Source of the DNA: Amphiscolops sp. MND2022
Taxonomy: Eukaryota
Reading direction: 5' to 3'
Length of the DNA: 60,000 nt
Assembly: GCA_964187785.1 (NCBI GenBank)
Contig: OZ076409.1
Location: forward strand, 67,210,001 to 67,270,000
A program made the position numbers and the translations under genes. The notes under the pieces were generated by a model. The model saw only the letters and a list, made by a program, of their open reading frames with translations. It ran no database searches and had not been told where the DNA came from. Shown here in pieces: positions 36,087-48,657 of the stretch (the stretch's first letter is position 1; each line of letters begins with the position of its first letter).

Positions 36087-36832
36087 CTGCGTCCATGACC
36101 CGGATTTAAGGTATCATTATCTACTTATTGACGACAGAATACTTTTTAATAGAACTACAAGAAAACACGCCCAGAACAGTTCAAAGCTTATTTACATTTT
36201 TTTATAGTTCAAAAAGTTTTGGGAATTGCAGTCTAACGTCTAAGGTCCATTTCCAAAAATGATGAGGATCTAACGCGCGATCCTGTTTCGGAAATAACGT
36301 CTAAAAGTCATTGTCTTTAGATAGGAACTGAGAATGACTAAGCTTTAGACGCTATTCTCCGTTTTCCATTTAGAAGTAAGTTTTTAGACGTTATTCTTGC
36401 TCGCCAAACAAATCACGGTCTTTCAAAATTGGGCAAAAACTCTTTTTTTAAAAACTTTCATAAGGTCTCACAGTGCAGAAAAATTTCATTGATGACATTT
36501 TGATTCTTTTGCGCTTGCATGAGGTTGCATAGCGCCAGAGTATTTAAGATAAAGTTCCTAAGTGTTTTTTTTTCACTTCAAGTAAGAAACCGAAAAAACT
36601 TGATTCAACTAAAGGGGATTTTGGGCGCTTCGCAAATGCTTTACAAAACCAGCTCGGAGCAACCGTTATTTATCCGCTCAGGCTACAAACATCAGGCTTT
36701 TTAGAAGCTAACAAAAGGCGGCGACTAAAAATCATAAACTTAGATTCATGTGTTGCAAGACATAAATTTTCAGTGTTGCAAGATCTATTTTAGTGTTGCA
36801 AGATCCAGTCTTGTGAATTAGGTAACACACCT

Positions 36833-36905
36833 GGTCTGGCTACTCAGTCAATCAGTTCGTTGAGCTTCCAGGCAGCTAGTCCGGGGTTTGAACTTGCCCA
36901 CGCTA
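36833..36905 (+). repeat. Degenerate tRNA-like (SINE head) sequence
   Basis: A-box-like TGGCTACTCAG and B-box-like GGTTTGAAC at tRNA-like spacing; not an intact tRNA. Confidence 0.3.
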
Positions 36906-37265
36906 TTTTTCGGCGTGGGAGCCATGCCGATCAAGACTGTTTGCTACGTTTTAATAATTGTGCCTAACCCATGTTTGAGCCCTACATTGTTGCGTAATTT
37001 TTTTCTATGAATTTTTCGTATAAGCACTCTAAACTACAAAAGACAGAAGCCGTTCTGTAGATTTTATCAACATCATAACTCTGTTCAATTTTTAAAATGA
37101 TTGTAGATCCCTTATTAAGTATTTTGTTACGTGAATATGAAGAATAGTTGGAGGTTTCGCTTTTGAAGTGTTTTTAGACACTGAGATTTTTCGGAACATG
37201 TTTTGCGTGAGTGAAATGCATTTTACACGAATGCCTTAATCAGGTTGGTTAAATCCGTGAGTCAC

Positions 37266-37589
37266 CTGCAAGTGTAGATACCAGAAGATTTTTCCTTGAT
37301 GTCCGGAATTGTCAGGATGCTGCTGTTACTCATGACGTAATCCGACTCGTTCAACCACGTCACTGAGCCGAAGTTGTGGCCCGAGTCAGCGTCGGTTTTG
37401 CAGAAGAGCTGCACCGTTTCTCCAGGGTACACGGATAGAGACGGAGTTATGAATACTATCTGGGGTAACTCCACAGTCAAGCATATGAAGAACAGGGTAC
37501 TGTTATTACAAATTGTCTCCATTGTAATAATTATGAACTCGGCATTTCCTTTGCGCAGATAGCAAGTGGTGAAGTTATAACGAACAAGG
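37266..37589 (-). CDS. Ig I/C2-set exon of the host gene
   Basis: ctaat..ctacag| acceptor; PQIVFITPSLSVYPGETVQLFC..VTW..ILTIPDIKEKSSGIYTC; donor AG|gtgact. Confidence 0.85.
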
Positions 37590-38062
37590 CTGTAGGTTGA
37601 TAATTAGTGGCAAATTTCCCGCATAACCAAATTTAGCAAATTTGTAAGTGGCTGAGTTAAATCAACTGAAATGTTCTTTCCTCGTGTACTCGTCAATAAA
37701 GAGACCTGAATTTACTGCAATCGATTTTTCCCTAATTGACATAATTTTTTTAACAGCTTGATCCCAGCAGTGAGATCAATTTACCCACGAATGTCGATTT
37801 TCGGGGGAACAATTTAATTATTTAAAAAGTAGTCTTGTTTACCTACTGAACCCCTCAATGACACTTTTTCCCGCAATATCGATCGCCTCAATTTTCAATA
37901 CCTCCAAATCTTTATTCTCTCTCTTTGCCTTCACTTCTTACGGTTCTCGGTTGAGCAAGTAGCTCGCTGTTTTCTGTTTTCTCTCCCCTCAAAGGTCGGG
38001 GTTGAACCCCCAGGCTTCCCAAAAACCACCCGTACCCCTGCAATAGGCAATAAAAGCGATAC

Positions 38063-38185
38063 CTGTCAAGACAGCCATCTGTTAACTTAGTCATCTTGAG
38101 GAAAAGAGAAAGGGGAGAAGCAACCTCGGCTTCAATCCATGAACTTAACTGCAAGTTACAGGTGAAAATACCCCCCATCTTTTAG
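38063..38185 (-). CDS. Ig-like exon of the host gene (possible +1 frameshift in a G6 run)
   Basis: GGIFTCNLQL..DGCLD, donor AG|gtatcg, phase 2 joins the 37589 exon; acceptor ttccag| is in frame only if one G is removed. Confidence 0.5.
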
Positions 38186-38498
38186 CTGGAAATGAAAGAA
38201 ATTCCCAATTGCTTAATGGAAAATTTTATCATTCAGTTGCACAAGAGTCAAGGAACGAGAAAATTTTGTTCCAATGTCTCATTCACATAAAATATTGATC
38301 CTTATACAAAAGTGAGCAAAATGAATGGTCGACAACAAGTTTGGATCAAACTATGTTAAAAATGTTTGGATTTTCGGCGAAATTTGTTTTTTTTTGTTGT
38401 ATTCAAGAGAAATACGGATATGTGGAAATTGCTTTTGAACGTTTTGATCAAAGAAACTCTTTACTGATACGTGTTGGATAAATACCGGAGACGTTCAA

Positions 38499-39310
38499 CC
38501 CTGGCCGAGGAAAAATGCGTTCCTTGCAAGGATCTTGCAAGATCCTTGTAAAAATGCAATTACTTGTAAGATCTTGCAAGGAAATTTGTTCCTTGCAAGA
38601 TCTTGCAAGGAAATGTTTTCCTTGAAAGATCTTGCAAGGAAATGTTTTCCTTGAAAGATCTTGCAAGGAAATTTTTTCCTTGAAAGATCTTGCAAGGAAA
38701 TGCTTTCCTTGCAAGATTCTTGAGTTCAATGTACTTCATACTGAGAAATTATGTTAACGTAGTCGTGATTTGAGAATAATGTCAAAAACGTTAATAACTA
38801 TTATTTCAGAAGGGAAATTTAACAAATTGAAAAATAATTTCAATCGAAATATTATGCACAGTCTAATTTCAAATCAATAACTGGTACATAACACAATTGG
38901 TTGGAAAAAATTTTCAGAATACCCTGAAACTGTATTTTAAATGTTGCGTCACTGAAATGTACTACTTTTCAAATAACTTCACTAAGATCACACTTTTAGA
39001 GATATTTTCTAGAGTTTGCATCTTTTTGGTGGTTGAATCCTCTAGTAAGTAAACCCCGTTCTGTGACAGAATCTAATTAATAGTCACGATGCAGTAGTCA
39101 ACTTGAAGTCAAAAACAATGAATATAAAAAATAAAAAAAATTGTCGAGAACCTTCCACGAAATTTTTCTCCTTGGAAGAATCTTGCAAGGAAATTTTTTT
39201 CCTTGCAAGATTCTTGCAAGATGTCTTGCAGAAAAATGCATTATCTTGCAAGACCTTGAAAGAAAATCTTGCAAGATCCTTGCAAGGAACGCATTTTTTC
39301 TCGACCAGGG
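38499..39310. mobile_element. Foldback MITE with CCCTGG termini and 2-bp TSD (CMC/EnSpm-like)
   Basis: ccctggccgaggaaaaatgcgttccttgcaaggatcttgcaaga vs tcttgcaagatccttgcaaggaacgcattttttctcgaccaggg; AA on both flanks; arrays of TCTTGCAAGG. Confidence 0.85.
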
Positions 39311-42300
39311 AAGTTACAAGAATCGGTTTACTAGACTTTTAAAAATGACCAAATACGAGAAAAAGACGGGAGTTGAAAAAAAGTTACTTAGAAGCAGAAA
39401 CAAACGTGGGGTTCTAACATTTCGTGATATCAAATGCATACTTGCCCCCAAGTTAAACGTCCGTCCGTACAAAAGTCTAATCCGTTGCTTTGGAAACATT
39501 GATGATATGAAGCGAATTCTTTTCGATTTAATTCCCTTTTTAAATGAGAATTTCTGTTTAAGTAACAAATTAAAACGGCCAGTAGCAGTGAAACCCACTG
39601 TGATCGTTTCAATTATTGAATGACTGATGGGGCTGTGTCAAACTAAAGTCCCACAGGAGCTCGAATCAGGTTCCATTATGTCTGACTTTTGAACAGGAAG
39701 CGCTTTTAAATATATTTACAATTTTTTTAGTTAATCCTGTTTCTCTACAGGAAGCTCAATGTACCTAGCTGAAGAACAATCAACTTTAATAATAAAAAAA
39801 ACGTTTACAACACATAACATAGAGAAAACCTTTTATGTTTCAGTTTTTAAAGTTTCTGCATTGAACGTTGGCTGATATGAATCAACCAAGGAGAATGGAA
39901 ACAAACATCTTGCAAGATTTTGCAACGCAATTCATTAACCTCGAATGTTGCATGGAATAATTCAAAACTGCAAAACTTTTGCTCCAGATATGTCAAAGTT
40001 GAACAAGCCGGTCCCGCTCAAGTTTCAAAGAACCAGTTTCTTAAATATGCATTGGACACTCTTGTTGAAATTTCTCAGCGCCGAAAAGTACCCATTTACA
40101 TAAAACTCGAAAACCACTTTTTCCCATTTGGAAACACAAAAAAAACAAATTTTTGAAAATCAATTTCTTCTTGATTTTTCATTCGGAAAAGTGTCATATA
40201 TCTTCTCGGAAATCATTGAAGATCATTAAAGATTCGGAAAAGATCTTTTCCACAATCATTAAGAATCAAAAATTAACAAAGAGGTAACCCAAACACTAGG
40301 GAAACAGTTTTCTTTTACAAAAAACTTAAAAAAATCAAAAATTGTGGAAAAATTTATTTTTCGAATATTTTTTTAAAAGTTTTTTTTCAATTTTTTTACT
40401 TTATGTCGCATGGTGCTGAAAAACCTAAGATGGACATCTATGCTCGCACAACGCTGTTGTTTCAGCTGAAAATGGAGGGACGGCGTTTAGGTTTAGAAAA
40501 AAATCTGAAGAAAATCGCATAGTGCCGAAGAAAATCGCATAGTGCAGATTCCAAAAATGTGGTGCTTTTGACCTCACTGTAATCGAAGACTCTTAATGTT
40601 TATTTTATTATCCAACTAAGAAGATATCGTTTTCGAGAAGTTTGAAAAATTAAAAATGATGAAATTTTTCAGTTCATCTTGCCCTTTTATGAAAGAATTC
40701 ATTTACTCTAAGAACATGCTAAAAGTCTGTTTTGTTTTTGAACACTGAGGGCACTAGTTGCCAAATAAGTTTTTGAAAAATAGGCAATCTTTTTGCCAAA
40801 AATTGTCGGAATTGAAAGGAGTTGAAAAGAAATGCAAATTCAATTCCAGAATCACGCGGGGACAGCCAATTACCTATTTTTGAATTCCTGAATTGATTTA
40901 TATTTCGATACCAATCTCCTTCAAGCAAGCTTTAAGTACGATAGTTGCAGAAACGTGGTAAACTAGTGGTGAGCTTGCAGTTGTGTTTTCGAAGTGATTT
41001 CCTTGAGGTCACGAACGTCTGACTGTCCGTCGTTGCTCTTTCACTTTAGGTTTCTTCGAAAAATGCTTTTTTTCAAGACTTTAGCACTTGCTCGAAAGAG
41101 ATTGCTCAAAACACAACAAAGCTGAATTGAGACAGACACGAACCTGAATCCCCACTAATACAGGTCCAACGTTTCGAACACTACATCACAGTACTCAAAA
41201 ACAGGAACTTTTATGAAAAAAGTCGTTTCTCTGAAATGCAAAGATTTTTGGAAATATGGGCAATAAATGAGGACCCTCTGATAGAATGAATTCGTTTCGG
41301 ATGAAAATGGCACAGTGCTGGAAACCGTACTGTGAATCTTTTGGCATTGGACAACTTTGCAAACATGAAAATATTTGCTGCTCGTGATTCCAACACGTAA
41401 TCTTCTGATTGTGGCGGGCATGAACGAAGTTCATTTAGATACTTTATGTGGCCTAGAAGAAGAAGAACAGTCGTCACTCTAATAATCGGGCGCATTCAAT
41501 TTCGAGATTCTTCGATTAAAAAATGGATTGTCAGACAACTTACGAACTGTATAGGCACTGGAGTTGTGAGATACAGTTTCAACATAATTCATTTCAGCAA
41601 CAAACCAGTTTTTGACTTGCTAGCTAGTTGTTTTATAAGGGATTCGTTTAGAAAGAAATGAAGAAAACTGCCTGAACGTTGTTATCTAGTTTTTCCATAG
41701 ACATCAATTATTGATTGATTCTCACCTATACGTCCAATCTAGGTTTCCTGCCAGACACAGTTTCAAAGTTCAAGCTCGATTCGGTGAGTTTTTAAAAATA
41801 ATTCCAAGTTGTATTCATATCGCACCGCAAGATGCAACTCGACATGACCTTTATTAAAAGGTTCTCTGTTGTTCTTTTTCAGAAGTTCAGTTTCTTGAAT
41901 TATTTTGTGTTTGAAAATTATAAAAAATATATGGAAATTCAATTACTGGGATGACTTAGTTTCTCTCCTGTTGGAGATATCGCTAAGCTATTTTGCATAA
42001 GTGTTTGTAAAGGCAGTATTTAACATGAAAATCTGCATTTAATTTAACTGATGTGTTTTGGTTTTGCAATCCAAATCGTTCTGGAATTGTGTTTTTGCAG
42101 CTTTAAGAAGTTTGGTTCCTCATATTTTCAGATGCATTTGTTGGATATCTTAAACGGTGGTCTATTTTCATCTTGTTTTGCATTCAGCGATTCTGTTGTT
42201 TTCATTCCTTGAGTTTATTCAGTTTCCAATGAAGAGGTGGATTGGTTAGCTACACAAACTGTCAGACAGTAGGTACCAGGTTTGATCCTTGCTTTCCCCA

Positions 42301-43009
42301 TTTACTTTTCCAGAGCTTCGGTGACGCAAATGGCTGAATAGATCCAATTCAAGGCAATTTGGTAGGCGTTCGAACTGTGCTCTCGCTAATTGGATATTAT
42401 TCTCTTCAGGTGGTTCTTTGAAATACTCTTCCACCAGTTTCTGCCATTACTTCTAAAACTTCAGTTCAAATCAGATGTCACTTGTCCTGGAGGTTAACGC
42501 ACATTTTCAGGCCCGATGACGAGATCTGAGAAACAGGAGAACGTGGGATTTTGCATCCTTCCAAAGGTAGAAGAAAGACCAAAGGTTTCCACGTTTGGTT
42601 TTTCTTCTGGACTATGGGACTTTTTTTCCAGACTTTTTATAAACCGCACACCACCTTTGATTTTTAGTAGAAAGAAAACGCTTACGAGCATAAATCCTTC
42701 GTAGGGTGTTTCAGGACTGTGCGACATACCGAAGAGTTTTTTCTAAATAGTTGAACAATTTTTCGGTTTTTTGAAGTTTTTTGTTATGGAAAATTAATTT
42801 TCGAATCTTACAGGTGACCTTTTTCGGGAAAAATGACTTCTGTGGGACGGATGAGAGCTCTTGCAGTAAGTGTAAAAGCGAGAAGTTCCGGCTCTGTGGA
42901 CTTTTACGAGATATTTCGAAATATCTATCAAAAAGCGAGACAAGTTGGTAAACAGTCGCATGCAAAGCTGAACTTTTTGAAGCTCAACGCGCATTAGCAA
43001 ACTTTCAAA

Positions 43010-43789
43010 ATGGCATCTGAAAAATATTCTGAGCTAATTCAAGCTATTGACAGTGAGCCTTTGAAGGAAATTCTGTTACTTTTGACAAACGATTTACTCA
43101 GCAAAACTGAAACCATTAAGAAACAAAATGCTCAAATTAAAGAGCTCAGAAACGAGGTTACTGATTTAAAAGAACGAATATCGGAGCAAGAAAAATATTC
43201 TTCTAAAGACACTATTATCATCAACAAATTACCTTTATTACAAGGTGCTGATCTGGTTAGTTCGGTCCTTTATTTTTTCAAGACGTTTCTGGATATTCAG
43301 CTACTGCGGGAAGACCTGAAAGCGTGCCACTTTTTGGGGAAGTGCTCTGATATTTATAAACCTCCACCGGTAGTAGTGAAATTTGTCTATTTTCATCAAA
43401 AAAACGATGTTTATGTTAGACGATCAATGCTGGGCAAACGAGGTAAGCAAAACCCTATCAATACGGAAAACATCTACATAAATGAAAGATTGCCCAAGGA
43501 ACAACTGATCATTAAAAAGTACGCCAATGACAAAGGCCTCATAACAACCACCTATAATTGTGACGTGAAGTTGTTCCTGAAAGATAGCAGTGGGGCTACT
43601 TTTTCTCAAAAGGTAACTTCAACCAAGATGGTAGATGATCTAACACATAAAGCCCTAAAAAAGCAGAGAAACCCACAAGTGAAAAGAAATGTGCCAGATT
43701 CTACTCCCGAGAACCCGAAAGATAAACGTTTCGAAATTGCTGCAACGCCAACGAAGAATGACATATCAATGGAATCTGAAATAAATTGA
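43010..43789 (+). CDS. LINE ORF1 protein (coiled coil plus RRM-like domain)
   Basis: 259 aa; coiled coil, then EQEKYSSKDTIII..ACHFLG..PVVVKF..IYINERL. Confidence 0.85.
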   Translation: MASEKYSELIQAIDSEPLKEILLLLTNDLLSKTETIKKQNAQIKELRNEVTDLKERISEQEKYSSKDTIIINKLPLLQGADLVSSVLYFFKTFLDIQLLREDLKACHFLGKCSDIYKPPPVVVKFVYFHQKNDVYVRRSMLGKRGKQNPINTENIYINERLPKEQLIIKKYANDKGLITTTYNCDVKLFLKDSSGATFSQKVTSTKMVDDLTHKALKKQRNPQVKRNVPDSTPENPKDKRFEIAATPTKNDISMESEIN

Positions 43790-44074
43790 GCGTTGCACTT
43801 CTTTCTTATGTCGGTATTCTAATCTCTAATTGCTTTGAAAAATGTTTCGAAAAAGACACAAATCAGTACTAGGAAAAAGTAAAAGGTATTATAGGTTTGT
43901 TTGTCATTTGCACTAAAGTATTTTTCTGGAGTTTTGCGCTTGGAGCTTTTTTTTGGCTTTGTTTCCTTTTGCCCTACTAATACCAATTATTATTGAGTGT
44001 AACGCCCAATTATCCGAGATAAAATCAACTGATAACCAACTTGATATTTTTCTTTAGTTTTGTAATATTGTTTT

Positions 44075-46992
44075 ATGTTGAATTTGGAGAACCAAAATAA
44101 GGAGCAACAAATAACTAATGCTAAGACGCCCGAACATCCGTCTTTTGACAATATTGATGAATCAGAAAAATGCAAAACAAAAACATTTATCGTTTTAGGT
44201 CTCAATATAAGATCTCTCGATTATCATATAAATGAACGTCGTGTCCTTCTAGAAATCTTGGACAAAAAACCTGAAGTACTGGCACTTACTGAAACCTGGA
44301 TGACGGATGATCACACACTAGTTGACTTGGACATGGTGGGTTATCAACCAATTGAATTCAAAGCACGACCAAATGCTAAGAGACGATCCGGTGGTGTAGC
44401 TTTTTACGTGAAAGATGGAATATCATTTCAAGTTGTGTCGTTCAAAAATGATATAGAATGTTTGATTATCAAGATAACTAGCGAAAACAAAACATTGTAC
44501 AATATATGTTCAATATATCGACTAGAATATTAAAATCAACAACTTCATTGGTTATCTAGAGACTTTATTGTATTTTCTGAAGGTTTTGCCTGGAGAAACA
44601 TTGCTTTTTGCTGACTTTAACATCGTCACATTAAAAGATGATCTGGATAGGAAGAAGTATGTGGCTCTCTTGGAAGCGTATGATTTTGAGATACAAAATA
44701 AATTACCGACAACGGTCACGCCTACTTCTAAAAGTTGCATCGATCACGTGATAACCCAAAATGTAGTTCGCACTCAAACTCTCTCGACCACCATTAGTGA
44801 TCATTTTACTGTTTTGCTGCATTTTACCAAGGAACATACCTTCGATAGAAAAACAGTGTCGAACCCGACAAGGACTAGAAACACAAAAAGTCTGAAAGGA
44901 CACAACGCATTGAAATTTATTTTCTTATTAGATCAAAAATTGAAGCAAATTGACGAAAAAACATCGGTTGAATCTCATGTGGAATCCATTGTTAAGTCAG
45001 TCAGTGAATGTGTAGATAAATTTGCACCGCTGCGATCAGTTCTGGTAAGGAGCCATCCAATCAATGGAATAATAATAAAATCAAAAATATAATCACTAAA
45101 CGTAATAAACTTTTCCAGATTTGGGTTGAAAAGCCAACAAAAAGTAATCATGATGATTATAAGTCATTTCGAAACAAAGTTTGTTCAATGATTCGTGAAG
45201 CTAAGAAACAAGATAACTCCAGAAAACTTCGCGTAAATCCAACTGCACGAGCAATTTATAGGACTTTAAAAACTTAGAAAAACAAAGATCAGCAACCAAA
45301 TGAACTTCCTGATTTAGAAAAACTGAATGAATTTTTTGTAAATGTTTGGTCAGTTTTATCATCTAGGCTGCCACAAACAGCGTATTCTTCGGGGTCCTTC
45401 AATTGTGACAAATTTTTGTTTATGGAACCCACTGGAGAGTTCGAAGTTGCAAGTATCATCAAAGCATTGAAAAACAATAAAAGTTGTGGTATGGATGGGA
45501 TCAGTAGTGAAATTTTGAAATGCTACTCACCTATTATTGAACGTCATCTCGCACTTGCCTTCAATAAATGCATAGACGAAGGTGTATTGCCAGACAATTT
45601 CAAAATTGCCAAAGTTGTACCATTGTTTAAGAAAGGGGATAGAAAAGATCCCGCAAATTATCGTCCAATTAGCTTGCTAAGCTCTTTGAGTAAAGTGTTT
45701 TAGAAAATCTTATATTATCGAATGATACGATTTACTGAGAAAAACGACTTGATTTGTCCCATGCAATATGGATTAAGAAACAACATGTCCTGTGTTGATG
45801 CTATCGCTGCAATAACAGAATTCGTTCGTACTGAAATAGGTAAGAAAACACAAGGCCAAGCTTGCTTTATTGATTTGCAGAAAGCTTTTGATGCGTTGGT
45901 TCATCATATTTTATTGAAGACGTTGGAAGAATATGACTTTAGAGGGAAAATTTTCGAAATTTTGAGATATTCTTTCAGACCGTAGGCAGTACATCAGTAA
46001 TAATGGTGTTTGCACGGAAAAACCTAAAATTGTGTCAGGCGTTCCCCAGGGTTCCGTCTTGGGTCCATTTCTGTTTCTTTTGTATATTAATGACATTCGT
46101 TTGTGTATAGGAAATTGTACCATGGCCATGTTTGCAGATGATACATCAACTTTAAGTTCAAAACGCAAACGTTTGTGTTCAATTCAATCAGATATGGACA
46201 CAATTTATCGCAGTGGTTTTGTCAAAATGGACTCAGTATAAATAGAGATAAATGCGAAGCAGTTGCATTCGGACGCGGTCATCTCAGTGAAATTTTGATT
46301 TTAGACAAAAAAATTCCTTATTCGAACGCGTGCAAGTATTTAGGTGTTTACGTGGACAATACCTTGCGCTTCAGAGAACATATTGATTACGTCGAAAAAA
46401 ACTCAATAAGTTCTGTGGCCTGATATATCGCGTACGTCATATGTTTACACAAAAGTGTCTACTGATGTTTTATAACTCGTTTGCAAAGTCCAGAATTTGT
46501 TATGGATTACTAATATACGGCTCTGCTGCCAAAGCAAACTTGTCGAAAATTGAAAAAACCCAACGACGAATTTTACGAGCCATTTTTTTCAAGAAGAAGT
46601 TTGATTCCCTACATGATCTTCTTAGAAGGAACGAAATTTTGACAGTTTTTGAACTTTTCGTTCTCGAGAACATCAAAGAGTTTTTCAGGCAGCTTAGGAC
46701 AGAAGCACCTAAATCGTTCATAGTGCTTGATGACGTGGGAACATATACAACTCGATGGAATATGAAAAAATTGATGCCGTCGCAATACAGTCGGACTGTT
46801 TTAAAGAGGAGATCCTTAGAAAGTTTACTTCGCTTAACTTATAATTGGTTAATGGAAACAGACTTGATTCCAACAGATTTTAGGAAACTATCAAGCTATC
46901 AAGTTAAAAAGCTCATCAGAAGTATAACCGCGAACTATGTAGTCGATAACAAGCATCTCTTTGCATATTACTTTGAAAAGGAATCATGCTAA
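44075..46992 (+). pseudogene. LINE ORF2 endonuclease/reverse transcriptase, disrupted
   Basis: Conserved motifs spread over several frames with stops. Confidence 0.9.
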
Positions 46993-48510
46993 CAATTAAG
47001 TTTTTTTTCGGTAGTAGTGCTTAACGTATGCGCAGTTCTTAAGGGCGGGAATTGTTGTTAAACCTCATTTCGAAAAATATTTGAATTGGTTCTTCAGGGC
47101 AGGAACTTTGACGAACCAATAGGCTCTTTTCCTGTCCAGATTGGTTGCTATTTCATTTTATGTATTGTGTTTTTGTTTTTAATGTAATGATCCCAATCGA
47201 ATAAACTTTTCTCTACTTTTCTTTTCTGATTTTCGCTAGGGTTAGTTTTTTTGATGTTTTCAGTTTGTAGAACGCGTTTTCTGCAGGCGAAAGTGTAACA
47301 CCTTTGGAGTTTTTTGGCACTTCGTGTAACCCACGAAACTTTTCTTCAAAAATCTCATGAAAGTTGCATATTAAAAGTGAAAAAAGTGAATAATTTGATT
47401 TTTCGACTAAATTGGTGTCATTCGGAGAAATTTTTAAAGCAAAAATTTGGAATTTTCTCAGCATAAAAGCGTAAAGTATAGCTGTTTTTTCGTAATTAAA
47501 CGTTTTGAGCCTTTCACCTTCTAATCATGATTTTTTTAAGAAAACTTTTCGAAAATTGCATGAAAAACGTCAAAATTAGAAAACTTTTGGTAGTGTTGCC
47601 TTTTAAAGGTTATTTTGGGTCATTTTCGTCATACCCAAAAAATTCCAAAAATCTTCACAAATAGGTTTCGCACGAAACTAAGTTTGTGGTTGCTGAATTT
47701 TGTGGACGAAATTCTTTAATTTGGGTATAGATTTCGAAATGGCAAATTTTGGGAAAAAATGCGGAGTAATTTTCGTTTTTTGGTATGGGAATTTCCGTTT
47801 GGAACATGGGCGGAAAATGTCAATAAAGGCCAGGAGTAACCAGAACAGGAATCGCGATAAAACTCATTGACGAGAGTTTATTCCAAATAAAACTGAATTT
47901 ATTACCTTTAATAGGCACAATTATTATTTATGACTCTAATACAAGCATTGGTAAGTTATAATTTGTAATCCAAGAGCCAGATGAACATCGAATAATTTTC
48001 AATTATCTGAAGTTTTCAAGTAAAACAAGTCAATTTGTCTGATCAGAAACAAGAAATTTCAATTTCTAAACAGGTTTTTGAGCTCGCGTTGGTTGAGTTC
48101 AAAAAGCGCTATTGCAGGTAATATTTCAATCCTTGAGTCACAGGCCATCAATTTCAATCTGTTTATCCTGAAGCTTCAAAGTGAAAACAAACCAGCTATT
48201 ATTTTAATTGGATTATAAATTTCATAACCAAATACTAACGTCGTCCATAAATGAGCAATTGATGGAATTTCAACTGAAGTACATAAAAGGCGAATTGATT
48301 GAATTCATGTGTCTAACAAAAATTGAGAAAATTTCTTGAGAGAACAAAAGATTTCTTCGATTTTATCGAACCTTTCCGCTTCATTGAGTAAATCAAAGAC
48401 ATTTGGCGTTTTTTTCGGCATTAATAAATGAGGTAGTCAATACGTAATTGATTAATTCCAGTTTTGTTTGTTTGTTTTTCCCAATCTATCGTCTGCGTCA
48501 CCAAAATTAC

Positions 48511-48657
48511 CTGATTAAGGAAACGGGACCGAGGTCGTATTTCTAATAAAAGTATCTCCACGTAGCAGTGGCAGGTTATGCGGGTACTTATCTCGGTTAC
48601 TGGGGTGCACACGTCACTCAAAACTTCAGGTGGGTGAATCAGGTGAAAAATGACACG
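48511..48657 (-). CDS. Putative Ig-like exon of the host gene
   Basis: ttttcag|..CAG|gtaatt, 147 nt, phase 0/0; RVIFHLIHPPEVLSDVC..ITCHCYVE. Confidence 0.45.

Larger units (their letters stand above)
42880..47212 (+). mobile_element. Near-full-length CR1/L2-group LINE with disrupted ORF2
   Basis: Intact ORF1; ORF2 pieces 44075-46992 with APE (LTETW, SGGVA, ADFN, CIDH, SDH) and RT (YRPISLL, DLQKAFD, GVPQGSVLGP, FADD, KYLGV); AATAAA at ~47200. 5' end approximate. Confidence 0.92.

Noticed and set aside
38448..39623. ORFs with LARS/QDL/CKI repeats
   Set aside because: Artefacts of the foldback MITE repeats.
39430..39700. Additional Ig exons (also ~48080-48170 and ~48790-48920) implying stop-codon readthrough
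   Set aside because: The Ig resemblance is weak and the frames contain both TGA and TAG; decay or chance explains this better.
40900..42500. Possible decayed transposase
   Set aside because: Only short ORFs with no identifiable motif.
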